The notes: generated from the letters alone by a model not told the origin. A DNA stretch of 64,000 bases from an uncultured Actinomycetota bacterium (GCA_963777275.1 CAVZPS010000001.1:1256322-1320321); one strand, 5' to 3'. Positions 32,929 through 43,276 are shown, numbered from the stretch's first letter. Translations and numbers: made by a program.

Positions 32929-34154
32929 CAGCGCGTCGCTGTCAGGAAGATCAGCCCCACATTGAGCAGACTAATCAGCACAGCGACCGCCCCGCCGACG
33001 ACGGTGGTGACCCGGTGGTTCGTGTCTTCGCCCATCAGCGCCCGATCGCTGGTCAGCCGCACCAGGGGCAGCAACGCGAACGGTATCCCGAACGACAGCA
33101 CTACCTGCGACAGCACCAACACCCGAGTCGGGTTGAGGCCGCTGGCCAGGATCAACGCCGCCGGAACGAGCGCGATCAGTCGGCGCAACACCATCGGGAC
33201 CGACCAGTTGAGCAGGCCCTGCATGATCATCGCGCCGGCATAGGCGCCCACCGAAGCCGAGGCCAGCCCTGAGGCCAGCAATCCGATGGCGAACAACACT
33301 GCGACGGTTGGGTTGACGGTTTCGCGGACAGCGGCATAAGCGGCTTCGATGGAGGCGCCGCCGCGCCGGCCGTGCATGTTCAGCGCGGCCACCAGCAGCA
33401 TCGCCACGTTGACGGCCCCGGCCACGACCATCGCCAAACTGACGTCCCACAAGGTGACGCGAAGCAGGCGCCGTCGTCCTGGTCCGGCGTCTTGTCGCCC
33501 ATGGCGGTCGCGCGCCAGACCGGAGTGCAGATAGACGGCGTGCGGCATGACGGTGGCACCCAGCATCGCTGCCGCCAGCAGCACGCTTTCAGTGCCCTGA
33601 AACCGGGGTACCAGGCCGCCGATGACCGCCCCGGGCGGCGGTGTTGCGACAAAGAAGCTGGCGGTGAAGCCAAGTGCTACGAGGATCAGTAACCCGGTGA
33701 TGACACGCTCGAACAAACGCTGGCCGCGCCGGTCCTGAACGGTCAGCAGCAACAGCGACACCGCCCCGGTGAGCAGACCACCGACCAACAGCGGCAGGTT
33801 GAACAGGATTCTCAACGCGATGGCGCCGCCGATCACCTCGGCCACATCGGTGGCCATGGCCACCAGCTCGGCTTGCGCCCAGTAGGCAAGGCGGGCCGGC
33901 CGGCTCAGCTGGCGACCGACCGCTTCAGGCAGCGAGAGTCCGGTGATCAGTCCGAGTTTCGCCGACAGGTATTGGACGACGCCGGCCATCAGGTTGGCGA
34001 CGACGATGACCCAAAGCATCCGGAAGCCGAATTGCGCTCCGGCACTGACATTGGCGGCGACATTGCCGGGATCCACATAGGCGATCGCGGCGACGAATGC
34101 CGGCCCGAGGAGGTACCAGCCTGCCTGGGGCCGGCTCAGCGTGTCCTGGGCCAA
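32928..34154 (-). CDS. mntH: Nramp divalent metal transporter
   Basis: YVDPGN and MPHAVYLHS motifs. Confidence 0.95.
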   Translation of the reverse strand: MAQDTLSRPQAGWYLLGPAFVAAIAYVDPGNVAANVSAGAQFGFRMLWVIVVANLMAGVVQYLSAKLGLITGLSLPEAVGRQLSRPARLAYWAQAELVAMATDVAEVIGGAIALRILFNLPLLVGGLLTGAVSLLLLTVQDRRGQRLFERVITGLLILVALGFTASFFVATPPPGAVIGGLVPRFQGTESVLLAAAMLGATVMPHAVYLHSGLARDRHGRQDAGPGRRRLLRVTLWDVSLAMVVAGAVNVAMLLVAALNMHGRRGGASIEAAYAAVRETVNPTVAVLFAIGLLASGLASASVGAYAGAMIMQGLLNWSVPMVLRRLIALVPAALILASGLNPTRVLVLSQVVLSFGIPFALLPLVRLTSDRALMGEDTNHRVTTVVGGAVAVLISLLNVGLIFLTATR

Positions 34155-34231
34155 CCAACCGTCTTTCGAAGAGATTCAACGCAAAAAGTTCGGCCTCCCG
34201 AAACTTACCCCGGGTGGCCGGCTGCCAATCC

Positions 34232-35023
34232 TCACACGTCGGGGATGGGCAGCTCGAGGTTGGGGAACGTGATTCCCCCGTCGACCTCGATCGTCTTGCC
34301 GGTCAGATACGCCCCCGCCGGTGATGCCAGATACACCGCCGCTGCGGCGATTTCGACCGGCTCGCCGAGGCGCCGCAGTGGCGTCGCTTGTTCCATCGGC
34401 TGGCGCAGGTCGTCGTTGGATGCCACCACATCCAAGGCCGAAGTGGCGATGGAACCCGGAGCGATGGCGTTCACCCGGATCCGGGGGCACAGGTCTTGGG
34501 CAGTCAACCGCGTGTAATGAGCCAGCGCGGCCTTGGCCGTGCCGTAGGCAGTGAAGCCTCGTCCGGCCAGCCGGCTGATCGCGGAGCTGATGTTGATCAC
34601 GCTGCCGCCGCCGGCGTGCTCGAGCATGAGCGGCACTGCGGCGACGGTTAGCGCGTGGGCCGTGAGCACGTTGAACGTGAACGCGTTCTTCAAGTCTTTG
34701 ACCGAAGTGCTCAGCAGCGCGTTGGGCATGGTGCCGCCGACGTTGTTGACCACGATGTCCAGCCGGCCGAACGCTTCGATGGCATGGCCGGCCAGTTCGG
34801 CGGTGGTTTCCGGGTGCGCCAGGTCGGCGGCCACAACGTGAGCCCGGCGGCCCACCGCGCGGACTTGCTCGGCAACCGCCTCTAGTTCGGACTGTGTTCG
34901 GGACGCGATGACGACATCGGCACCGACCTCTGCGAAGGCGACTGCGATGGCTGCGCCCAGGCCGCGCCCGGCGCCGGTCACGACGGCGACTTGGTCGTCG
35001 AGGCGAAATCTGTCCAGTATCAC
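34232..35023 (-). CDS. SDR oxidoreductase (Rv0927c-like)
   Basis: [17 protein letters not shown]. Confidence 0.92.
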   Translation of the reverse strand: MILDRFRLDDQVAVVTGAGRGLGAAIAVAFAEVGADVVIASRTQSELEAVAEQVRAVGRRAHVVAADLAHPETTAELAGHAIEAFGRLDIVVNNVGGTMPNALLSTSVKDLKNAFTFNVLTAHALTVAAVPLMLEHAGGGSVINISSAISRLAGRGFTAYGTAKAALAHYTRLTAQDLCPRIRVNAIAPGSIATSALDVVASNDDLRQPMEQATPLRRLGEPVEIAAAAVYLASPAGAYLTGKTIEVDGGITFPNLELPIPDV

Positions 35024-35038
35024 GGCCGCCACCGTAAC

Positions 35039-35052
35039 AAGAACGTGTTCTA
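35039..35052. promoter_or_regulatory. KstR-like operator
   Basis: AAGAACGTGTTCTA; one mismatch to TnnAACnnGTTnnA; 15 nt upstream of the SDR start. Confidence 0.7.
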
Positions 35053-35267
35053 GGCAGGGCAACCCGTCTCAGGCGGCTCGTAGCACCGAACCGCAGGCTT
35101 CCCAGCCGTACCGAGGTGACGGCGAGTAGTGTGAGTTATGCAGGGACGGCCACGGCCGTCACGCGCGCGGTTCACCAGTTGCACAGGGTTCCCGACGGAC
35201 CTTCTGATCATCCTTCTCTTTGGGCCCGCTCCCGCTACACACTCCACTTCAAGGGGGGGGGGCCATC

Positions 35268-35973
35268 ATGGACGATCATGAATATGCGGAGGTTCTTCGC
35301 CGCACACGGACGGAACTTACTAAGCAATTCGCCCGCCCGACCCAAATCGGTGTCACTTTGCGCGGTGTGACCGCGAGTTCTGTTGACCTGATCGAGGGTG
35401 TGGAATCTGCGGACGTGTTGTTGATCTCGGGTGACGAACATTTCAGGTCGATAGCGGCCACTTCACAGCTCGCCATCGAGGTAGACGATTTACAGAAGCG
35501 GTTCGGCGAGGGGCCGTGCCTGGACGCCGCGACCGGCCATACGATGGTCGTGTGCAATGACCTGCGCGAAGACGCCCGGTGGCCGCGCTTCGCCGCGAAG
35601 GCAGTTGAAGTCGGTGTCCGCAGCCTACTGTCGTTCCAGCTTTACACCCATGACGCCCGCATGGGGCGCATTGAATCTTTTCGGCCTCAAACCTGACGTC
35701 TTCACCCCTGAAGTTGAAGCGGTCGGTGCCATGCTGGCCACCCACGCAGCAGTCGCGCTCATTGCCGACGATGTGCGGCTCCAATTTCAGTCCGCATTGG
35801 CAAGCAGAGACGTCATCGGCCAAGCCAAAGGCATGATCATGGAACGGTTCAATGTCGACGCGGTACGCGCTTTCGAGCTACTCACCAGACTTTCGCAAGA
35901 TTCCAACACCAAACTCGCCAAAGTGGCGGAGGAGATCGTTGCGCGAGGATCGGAACCGAAAAAACGGAGCTGA
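35268..35973 (+). CDS. GAF-ANTAR protein #2; frameshift near 35665
   Basis: GEGPCLD..RWP..SFQL in one frame; GALNLF..ASRDVIGQAKGMIMER in the next. Confidence 0.85.
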
Positions 35974-36008
35974 ACGAGGGTTGACGTAGCCCGCCGTTTG
36001 GAACGCGA

Positions 36009-36908
36009 TCAGGTTTTCGCCGCGGACTTGGCCGGTGCCTTCTTCGCCGCGGTCTTGCTCGCCGCAGCTTTTTTCGCCGGAGCCTTCTTCGCGGCGCTTT
36101 TCTTTGCCGGCGCCTTCGCTGAGCGCGCCTTGACGCTGGCCTCCAACTTCGCCAGCAGATCTGAGACATCTTCGGTCTCGTCCAGCTCTGTCGGCTGCTC
36201 CTCGGTGCTGAAAGCTTCGCCGCCTTCGAGTTTCGCCTGCACCAGCTCGTGCAGCTGCTCCTGATAGGTGTCGTGGTAGCGATCTGGATTGAAGTCGTCA
36301 GCCATTGAATCGACGACTTGTCCCGCCATCTTCAGCTCGGCCGGTCTGATCTCGACTTTCTTGTCCAACACCGGGAAATCGGGGTCGCGTATCTCGTCCG
36401 GCCACAACAACGTGTGCACCACCATCACATCGCGCTTGCTGAAATCCTTGACCCGCAACGCCGCAAGCCGGGTCTTGTTGCGCAGCGCGAAGTGCACGAT
36501 CGCCACCCGGTCGGTCTCCGCCAACGTCTTCGCCAGCAGCACATACGATTTCGCGGCCTTGGAATCAGGCTCCAAGAAATAACTGCGGTCATACATCATC
36601 GGATCGAGCTGACTGGCCGGGACGAACTCGAGCACCTCGATTTCGCGGCTACGTTCTTCAGGCAAGGTGCCGATGTCCTCGTCGGTGATCAGCACCATCT
36701 GCCCGTCGTCGGATTCGAATGCTCTGGCGATGTCGCGGTACTCGACCACCTCGCCGCAGACCTCACACACCCGCTTGTACCTGATGCGTCCGTTGTCTTT
36801 GGCATGCACCTGGTGGAACTTGATGTCGTGATCCTGGGTGGCGCTGTACACCTTGACGGGGACGTTCACCAGCCCGAAGGCGATCGAACCCTTCCAGATG
36901 GAACGCAT
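36009..36908 (-). CDS. ku: NHEJ DNA end-binding protein Ku
   Basis: MRSIWKGSIAFGLVNVPVKVYSA; basic AKKA-rich tail. Confidence 0.97.
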   Translation of the reverse strand: MRSIWKGSIAFGLVNVPVKVYSATQDHDIKFHQVHAKDNGRIRYKRVCEVCGEVVEYRDIARAFESDDGQMVLITDEDIGTLPEERSREIEVLEFVPASQLDPMMYDRSYFLEPDSKAAKSYVLLAKTLAETDRVAIVHFALRNKTRLAALRVKDFSKRDVMVVHTLLWPDEIRDPDFPVLDKKVEIRPAELKMAGQVVDSMADDFNPDRYHDTYQEQLHELVQAKLEGGEAFSTEEQPTELDETEDVSDLLAKLEASVKARSAKAPAKKSAAKKAPAKKAAASKTAAKKAPAKSAAKT

Positions 36909-37009
36909 GGAGCAAGTATGCCCGCAACAGCCGCCGGGTACGCGTCGACCACGTCGGTCGACGCGCCGCAAATCACCAGTACGCCGGGCCGTGGGCGTAG
37001 CTTGGCAGC

Positions 37010-39325
37010 ATGGATTCGCCGCGGGTTTGGCCCCCCGACAGGACGTCTGGGCCGCAGGTGAAGCTGACCAACCCCGACAAAATTCTGTACCCGCCGGCCG
37101 GTCGCCGCCGCAACGGCGTCACCAAGGCTGAGGTGTTCAGTTACTACACCATGATCGCCGAAGTGATGATCCCGCACATCGCCGGCCGTGCCGCCACCCG
37201 CAAACGTTGGCCCAACGGTGTCGGAGATTCGTCGTTCTTCGAAAAGCAGCTCGCCTCGTCGTCGCCCGAGTGGCTGCCGCGCGCCAGCGTGACGCACAGA
37301 TCCGGCACCACCACCTACCCGATCATCGACAGCGCCACCGCACTGGCGTGGATCGCGCAGCAGGCGGCGCTCGAGGTGCACGTGCCGCAGTGGCGGTTCG
37401 TAGCCGAGTGGACACGAAGCGGAGAAGAGCTGAATCCTGGTCCGGCAACCCGACTGGTTTTCGACCTCGACCCGGGTGAGGGCGTGAAGATGACGCAGCT
37501 GACCGAGGTGGCCCGCGCCGTCCGTGACCTCATCGCAGACATCGGACTCACTACCTTCCCGCTCACCAGCGGAAGCAAAGGCATCCACCTGTACGCACCG
37601 CTGGACAAGCCGGTCAGCAGCAAAGGCGCGGTGGTGTTGGCCAAACGCGTTGCGCTGCAACTGGAACAGGCCATGCCGAAGTTGGTGACCTCGACGATGA
37701 CCAAAAGCCTCAGAGCCGGCAAGATCTTCCTCGACTGGAGCCAGAACAGCGAATCGAAGACAACGATCGCGCCTTACTCGCTGCGTGGCCGGGAGCAGCC
37801 CACCGTCGCCGCGCCGCGCACCTGGGACGAGCTCGACGACCCCAAGCTTCGTCAGCTGCGCTTCGAAGAGGTACTCGCCCGTATCGAGCGCGACGGCGAT
37901 CTGCTCGCGCCGCTGGACGCCGACGTGAGGATCAAGGACCGGCTTACCAAATACCGCGGCATGCGCGACGCGTCGAAAACTCCCGAGCCGGTACCGATCA
38001 CCAATCCCACTGCCGGGAACAACAATACGTTTGTCATCCAGGAACATCACGCACGACGGCTACATTACGACTTTCGGCTCGAGCGCGACGGAGTGCTGGT
38101 GTCGTGGGCGGTCCCGAAGAATTTGCCCGACACCCCGGCGGTCAACCATCTGGCCGTGCACACCGAAGACCACCCGCTCGAATACGGCACCTTTGAGGGC
38201 AACATCCCTGAGGGCGAATATGGCGGCGGCAAAGTCATCATCTGGGACTCGGGCACCTACGAAGCCGAGAAGTTCAACGATTCCACCGAAAAAGGTGAAG
38301 TGATCGTCAACTTGCACGGCAGCCGAATCTCCGGACGCTACGCGCTGATCCAGACCAAAGGCGATCAGTGGCTGGCGCATCGGATGAAAGAGCAGAACGT
38401 CTTCGAATTCGACACGTTGGCGCCGATGCTGACCACCGAAGGATCGGTGGAGAAGTTGAAGGCCGGTCAATGGGCCTTCGAGGGCAAATGGGACGGCTAC
38501 CGGCTGCTCGTCAACGCCGACCACGGCACTGTGTGCCTGCGGTCACGTCGCGGGCGCGACGTCACCAAGGAATTCCCGCAATTGCGTGTCGTGGCAGCTG
38601 ATTTGGCCGACCACCAGGTGGTGCTCGACGGCGAAGTCGTCGCACTCGATGACAACGGGATTCCCAGCTTCTCGCAAATGCAGAACCGCGTCCGTGCCAC
38701 CCGCATCGAATTCTGGGCCTTCGACCTGCTTCACCTGGACGGCCGTTCGCTGCTGCGCGCCAGCTACCGCGACCGGCGCCGGCTCTTGGAAGCCTTAGCT
38801 GCCAACGGCAACCTCATCGTGCCTGACCCGCTGCCCGGCGACGGCGCCGCGGCGCTGGCCCACTCCGAGAAGATGGGCTGGGAAGGCGTCATCGCCAAAA
38901 AGCGCGACTCCACCTACCAGCCCGGGCGGCGCTCCGCGTCGTGGATCAAAGACAAACACTGGAGGACTCAGGAAGTCGTGATCGGCGGCTGGCGGGCCGG
39001 CGAAGGCGGGCGCACCAGCGGAATCGGGTCGCTGCTGATGGGAATCCCCGCCGACGGTGGGCTGGAGTACGTCGGTCGGGTCGGCACCGGCTTCACCGAA
39101 CGGGCACTCACCGATTTGAAGAATCACCTGGCGCCGCTACGCACCAGCGAAACTCCGTTCACCCAACGGTTGCCCACCCGCGATGCGAAGGGCGTGACGT
39201 TCGTGACGCCGACCCTGGTCGGTGAGGTGCGCTACAGCGAGTGGACCTCCGACGGCCGGTTGCGGCAGCCCAGTTGGCGCGGGCTTCGGCCGGACAAGAC
39301 GCCGGCCGAAGTGGTGCGCGAGTAA
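37010..39325 (+). CDS. ligD: NHEJ ATP-dependent DNA ligase LigD (polymerase-phosphoesterase-ligase)
   Basis: FDLDP, SGSKGIH, QEHHARRLHYDFRLE, EGKWDGYR, EGVIAK. Confidence 0.97.
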   Translation: MDSPRVWPPDRTSGPQVKLTNPDKILYPPAGRRRNGVTKAEVFSYYTMIAEVMIPHIAGRAATRKRWPNGVGDSSFFEKQLASSSPEWLPRASVTHRSGTTTYPIIDSATALAWIAQQAALEVHVPQWRFVAEWTRSGEELNPGPATRLVFDLDPGEGVKMTQLTEVARAVRDLIADIGLTTFPLTSGSKGIHLYAPLDKPVSSKGAVVLAKRVALQLEQAMPKLVTSTMTKSLRAGKIFLDWSQNSESKTTIAPYSLRGREQPTVAAPRTWDELDDPKLRQLRFEEVLARIERDGDLLAPLDADVRIKDRLTKYRGMRDASKTPEPVPITNPTAGNNNTFVIQEHHARRLHYDFRLERDGVLVSWAVPKNLPDTPAVNHLAVHTEDHPLEYGTFEGNIPEGEYGGGKVIIWDSGTYEAEKFNDSTEKGEVIVNLHGSRISGRYALIQTKGDQWLAHRMKEQNVFEFDTLAPMLTTEGSVEKLKAGQWAFEGKWDGYRLLVNADHGTVCLRSRRGRDVTKEFPQLRVVAADLADHQVVLDGEVVALDDNGIPSFSQMQNRVRATRIEFWAFDLLHLDGRSLLRASYRDRRRLLEALAANGNLIVPDPLPGDGAAALAHSEKMGWEGVIAKKRDSTYQPGRRSASWIKDKHWRTQEVVIGGWRAGEGGRTSGIGSLLMGIPADGGLEYVGRVGTGFTERALTDLKNHLAPLRTSETPFTQRLPTRDAKGVTFVTPTLVGEVRYSEWTSDGRLRQPSWRGLRPDKTPAEVVRE

Positions 39326-39330
39326 GCCGG

Positions 39331-39831
39331 TCAGCAGCGCGTCGCAGCGCGGATGAATTGCCGCCGCTCTTTCGGTTGACCTTTGTAGGCGTTCAGAATT
39401 CGAAACTGGTTCGTCGTGTGTTCGTAACGGCGTTGGTCGACTGGTGCGGCCGCCTCGGACAGATCGACGCACAGCCCTTGCATCCCCACCGGCGCTCCGT
39501 GCAGGCCATAAAGGGGTGCACCGGTCATCACCACGTCGTGTATCTGGTCGTTTGCGTCCAGAATGCGGTGGCGTGAGCTGAACGCATCGTGCGTGCGACG
39601 CACGTCTCGCAGGGTGGCAGCCACCCGCTGGTAGTCGCGCGGATGGACGTGCGACAGCAGCAGCCGTGTGCTTGGTGCCGTGGTGCCCGGCGGGTAGCCG
39701 TATATCCGTTCCAGCTGTGCTGACCATTCCCAACGGTCGCTGTCGAAATAGAACCTGAACCAGCCAAGATGGTTCAACAAGTCGGCGGGCACAGGTTGGT
39801 CAAGACGGTGAGGCTGAATACTCGTTGTCAT
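39331..39831 (-). CDS. Stand-alone PAS-fold protein
   Basis: GWFRFYFDSDRWEWS..LLSHVHPRD..FSSRHRI..G..VD; no ANTAR tail. Confidence 0.75.
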   Translation of the reverse strand: MTTSIQPHRLDQPVPADLLNHLGWFRFYFDSDRWEWSAQLERIYGYPPGTTAPSTRLLLSHVHPRDYQRVAATLRDVRRTHDAFSSRHRILDANDQIHDVVMTGAPLYGLHGAPVGMQGLCVDLSEAAAPVDQRRYEHTTNQFRILNAYKGQPKERRQFIRAATRC

Positions 39832-40070
39832 GGGAACTCCAAGACGTTAGGTTGCGCGCTCAGCCAGCATGACGGGGAACCGGCAGCGGGGGCGCTGTGA
39901 AGATCGCACTCACGAGGCGCTGTTGTCTCAGCGACTCATCGTGACTTAGGCGATCAGGACACTGTTACATGGAAGCAGACAAAAGCCATCAAACTTCCGT
40001 AGCGACGCGGTGACCTTCAGCACACTGGCTCTGACCAGCGACAATAGCGCCGACGAGCACCGGCGGCGTC

Positions 40071-40937
40071 TTACGCTTTGGCGATCACGTTCTCGGCGAA
40101 CATCTCCAGATTGCGGATCTTGGCGTCCAGTGGCTCGGTGTCCGGCCCCACGATGTATGGGATGCGGAAGCCGACGATCACGTCGGTAACGCCCTTGTCC
40201 TCCAGTCGCTTGACACCGTCGAGGGTGAAAGCGTCGGTGGAGATGACATGGATCTCGAACGGGCGGCCGGCCCCCTCTTCCTCGCGAAATTGGTTGAGCT
40301 TCACCAGCAACAGGTCCAGTTCTGCCGGATCACCGCCGCCGTGCATCCAGCCGTCCGCCCGTGCCGCCCGGCGCAGCGCCGCGTCGGCGTGTCCGCCCAC
40401 CAGAATCGGGATCGGGCGGCTGGGCGCCGGCGTCATCTTCGTCCTCGGGATGTCGTAGAACTCGCCGTGAAATTCGAAGTAGTCGCCGGAGGTCAGACCG
40501 CGCACAATTGCGATGCACTCGTCCATGCGCTTACCGCGCCGAGCGAACGGCACACCCATCACGTCGTAATCCTCGGGCCACGGACTGGTACCGACGCCGA
40601 GGCCAATTCTGTTGCCTATCAGCGCCGCCAGCGAACCGGCTTGCTTGGCCACCAGCGCCGGCGGCCGGATCGGCAGCTTGAGGACGAAGAAGTTGAAACG
40701 CAGTGTCGTGGTCACCGCACCCAACGCCGCGGTCAGCACGAAGGTCTCGATGAATGCTTTGCCGTCGAGGAATTCGCGGCTGCCGTCGGGCGTGTATGGG
40801 TACGTAGAGTCGGACTCGAACGGGTAGGCGATGCTGTCGGGGATCGTCATGCTCGAGTAACCGGCGGCTTCGGCCGCCTTGGCCAACGGGATGTAGAACG
40901 CCGGATCGGTCATCGCCTCGGCATAGCTGAACCGCAC
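40071..40937 (-). CDS. LLM class F420-dependent oxidoreductase (Rv0940c-like)
   Basis: MRFSYAEAMTDP, LGVGTSPWPED, ILVGGH. Confidence 0.9.
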   Translation of the reverse strand: MRFSYAEAMTDPAFYIPLAKAAEAAGYSSMTIPDSIAYPFESDSTYPYTPDGSREFLDGKAFIETFVLTAALGAVTTTLRFNFFVLKLPIRPPALVAKQAGSLAALIGNRIGLGVGTSPWPEDYDVMGVPFARRGKRMDECIAIVRGLTSGDYFEFHGEFYDIPRTKMTPAPSRPIPILVGGHADAALRRAARADGWMHGGGDPAELDLLLVKLNQFREEEGAGRPFEIHVISTDAFTLDGVKRLEDKGVTDVIVGFRIPYIVGPDTEPLDAKIRNLEMFAENVIAKA

Positions 40938-41082
40938 ATTTCCTCCCGAACCCGTTTTTTTTTGCGGCCTTCTGGGCATATTAGGAGTCGGGTCGTATTC
41001 GTCGCTTCGGGCACCAGAAACGCCTACGGTGGTAAGCAGCGTCCACCTCTGAGTGATCACTGGCGAGGAAGTGGTGGCGTCT

Positions 41083-41844
41083 ATGTCAGGTACCTGCGAC
41101 AAAGAGTCGCAACCGGCGCAAGCCGCCGACATAATGCATGCGCGGGGTGGATTGAGCCGCCTGTCATTGGAACTCGCGGAGTTGATTCGACGTTTGCAGC
41201 GACCAGAGCCCGCCGACATCGACACGGTGCTGCGCGACCTGACGAAGAGCGCCCTGGAGTCGCTGCCTGCAGCGCAATACGCCGGCATCACCATCGCGAC
41301 CCGCGACGGGGAAGTGCGGACCGCGACGTCGATCGGTGAATATCCCAAACTGCTCGACCAAATCCAGAAACGCCACGGCGGCGGTCCGTGTCTGTCGGCT
41401 GCGTGGGAACGGCAGATGATCAAGATCGACGATGTAGCCGCCGCTGACGATGATCGCTGGCCGGGATACTGCCGCGACGCAATCCGCGAGACCCCCGTCC
41501 GCTCGAGTGTGTCGTTCCAGCTGTTCGCCGATCACCAGACCATGAGCGCGTTGAACTTCTACGCCGAGCAACCGCATTCGTTCGACGACGCCGCAACAGA
41601 ACTCGCCCTGGTGGCAGCCACCCATGTGGCCGTGGCCTGGAACATGGTTCGCCGTGAACTGCAGTTCCGCAGCGCACTGGAATCCCGCGACATCATCGGT
41701 CAGGCCAAAGGCATGCTCATGGAGCGGTTCAAGATCGACGCTGTGCAGGCGTTCGAGCTGCTCAAGCGGCTATCGCAGAACTCGAACACAGCGCTGGCCA
41801 GTATTGCCCGCCAGCTGGTGGAAGCTGAGCAGCACGGCGGGTGA
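41083..41844 (+). CDS. GAF-ANTAR protein #3
   Basis: GGPCLSA..RWP..ALNFY; ALESRDIIGQAKGMLMER; start uncertain (41083 or 41134). Confidence 0.9.
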   Translation: MSGTCDKESQPAQAADIMHARGGLSRLSLELAELIRRLQRPEPADIDTVLRDLTKSALESLPAAQYAGITIATRDGEVRTATSIGEYPKLLDQIQKRHGGGPCLSAAWERQMIKIDDVAAADDDRWPGYCRDAIRETPVRSSVSFQLFADHQTMSALNFYAEQPHSFDDAATELALVAATHVAVAWNMVRRELQFRSALESRDIIGQAKGMLMERFKIDAVQAFELLKRLSQNSNTALASIARQLVEAEQHGG

Positions 41845-41855
41845 CGCCGGCGAAC

Positions 41856-42497
41856 TCAGGAACTCAAGCGGGCCCACGGTGGCAGCGGAACCGCAAGCAG
41901 CTCTGCTGCTCCCGGCGCTGTCGTCAACGCCAGGAGCGCGCTGGCGATGCGCTCGACCGGCAGTACGAAGTCGGCGCACCCGGTGGCGATCGCATTCGCG
42001 GGCATGCTCGGGGCGCGCGCCGTTGCCGGATCTTGAACCAGCACTCTGCCGCCGCCGCGTTTGACGGCGCGACATCCCTCGCTGCCGTCCGACAGCGAAC
42101 CCGTCAAGACGACGGCGACGGTCGGCGTTTGCCGAGCCGAACTGATCAGCAGCGCGTCGCCCGGCATGCTGCGTGCGTCGGTGTCCGCGAGCAGCCATTC
42201 CCCGGCGTCGCCGACAGTCGCTGCGGTGTGGGCAGGCACTACTGAGATCCCGGGCTGTTCCGCCGACGAGTCCGCCTCGACCACCCGGGTGGGCAGCTCC
42301 GTCCGGTGCGCCAGGATCGCGGCGAGCGGGTCATGGCCATCCAGGTGGCGACGGTGCTGGATCACAGCAATCGGTACGGGATAGCTAGCCGGAAGACGCG
42401 CTAACACCGCCGTAATGGCCTCGAGCCCGCCCAGAGACGCCAGCACGGCCACCCGACCGAAGTTGGGCGCCAGAGTGGTTGGTCCGGTCTTCGACAT
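41856..42497 (-). CDS. CheB-type methylesterase catalytic domain, no receiver domain
   Basis: ASLGG (Ser), IQH (His), LTGSLSDG (Asp), VQDPATA..PSMP. Confidence 0.85.
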   Translation of the reverse strand: MSKTGPTTLAPNFGRVAVLASLGGLEAITAVLARLPASYPVPIAVIQHRRHLDGHDPLAAILAHRTELPTRVVEADSSAEQPGISVVPAHTAATVGDAGEWLLADTDARSMPGDALLISSARQTPTVAVVLTGSLSDGSEGCRAVKRGGGRVLVQDPATARAPSMPANAIATGCADFVLPVERIASALLALTTAPGAAELLAVPLPPWARLSS

Positions 42498-42565
42498 GAG
42501 AGCCAGAATAATCGCTTTGTCGGTCACCTGACATATGCAATGACGAAGTGGGTACCCGGCCGGGC

Positions 42566-43276
42566 ATGATGCAACCGGATCTTCGGCGCAATGCGATTCT
42601 GGCGCAATTGCCGGACTCCGAATTGACCGCTTTGACACCTCATCTGCACGTCGAGCAAGCGGAACTCCGGCACTCCGCCTACCAGCCGCACAAGCCGATC
42701 GCCGACGTGTATTTTCCACTGACTTCGGTGTTCTCGCTGGTGGCAATGGCCGAGGAGAAGATCGTGATCGAAGTCGCCACCATCGGTTATGAAGGAATTG
42801 TCGGCTTGCCGGCCTACCTCGGCGCCGCGACCAGTCCGCAAGCGGCGTTCTGCCAGGTATCCGGCGCGACCGCTCGCATCGCCGTAGCAGACTTCCGCCA
42901 GGCGCTGACCCACGACGGCGCGTTGCATGCGTTGTTGAACCGTTTCACGCAGGCGACGATGGTTCAGATCGCTCAAAATGTGGTGTGTAACAGTACCCAT
43001 TCAACGGAGGCACGAATGGCCCGCTGGCTGGTGACCACGCACGATCGGGTCGGAAGCGACGATTTCCCGCTGACGCAAGAATTTCTCGCACAGATGCTCG
43101 GCGTGCAGCGACCGACAGTTTCCGAGACCGCGAAGCGAATTCAGGCGCAGGGCAGCATCCGTTACAGCCGCGGCACAATGACTGTCGTGGACCGGCAGGC
43201 ACTGGAGCGAACGGCGTGCGATTGCTACCGCATCGTCAGGGCTGAATTCGACGCTCTGCGCAGTGAGACAGCCTAG
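42566..43276 (+). CDS. Crp/Fnr family transcriptional regulator
   Basis: RNAILAQL..VYFP..IGYEG; RMARWL..LTQEFLAQMLGVQRPTVS HTH; ACDCY. Confidence 0.9.
   Translation: MMQPDLRRNAILAQLPDSELTALTPHLHVEQAELRHSAYQPHKPIADVYFPLTSVFSLVAMAEEKIVIEVATIGYEGIVGLPAYLGAATSPQAAFCQVSGATARIAVADFRQALTHDGALHALLNRFTQATMVQIAQNVVCNSTHSTEARMARWLVTTHDRVGSDDFPLTQEFLAQMLGVQRPTVSETAKRIQAQGSIRYSRGTMTVVDRQALERTACDCYRIVRAEFDALRSETA

Noticed and set aside
36009-36125. AKKA-type repeats at the end of Ku
   Set aside because: Known basic C-terminal tail of actinobacterial Ku.
42530-42555. SigF promoter for the crp gene (GGGTAC)
   Set aside because: No matching -35 element at 15-17 nt spacing.
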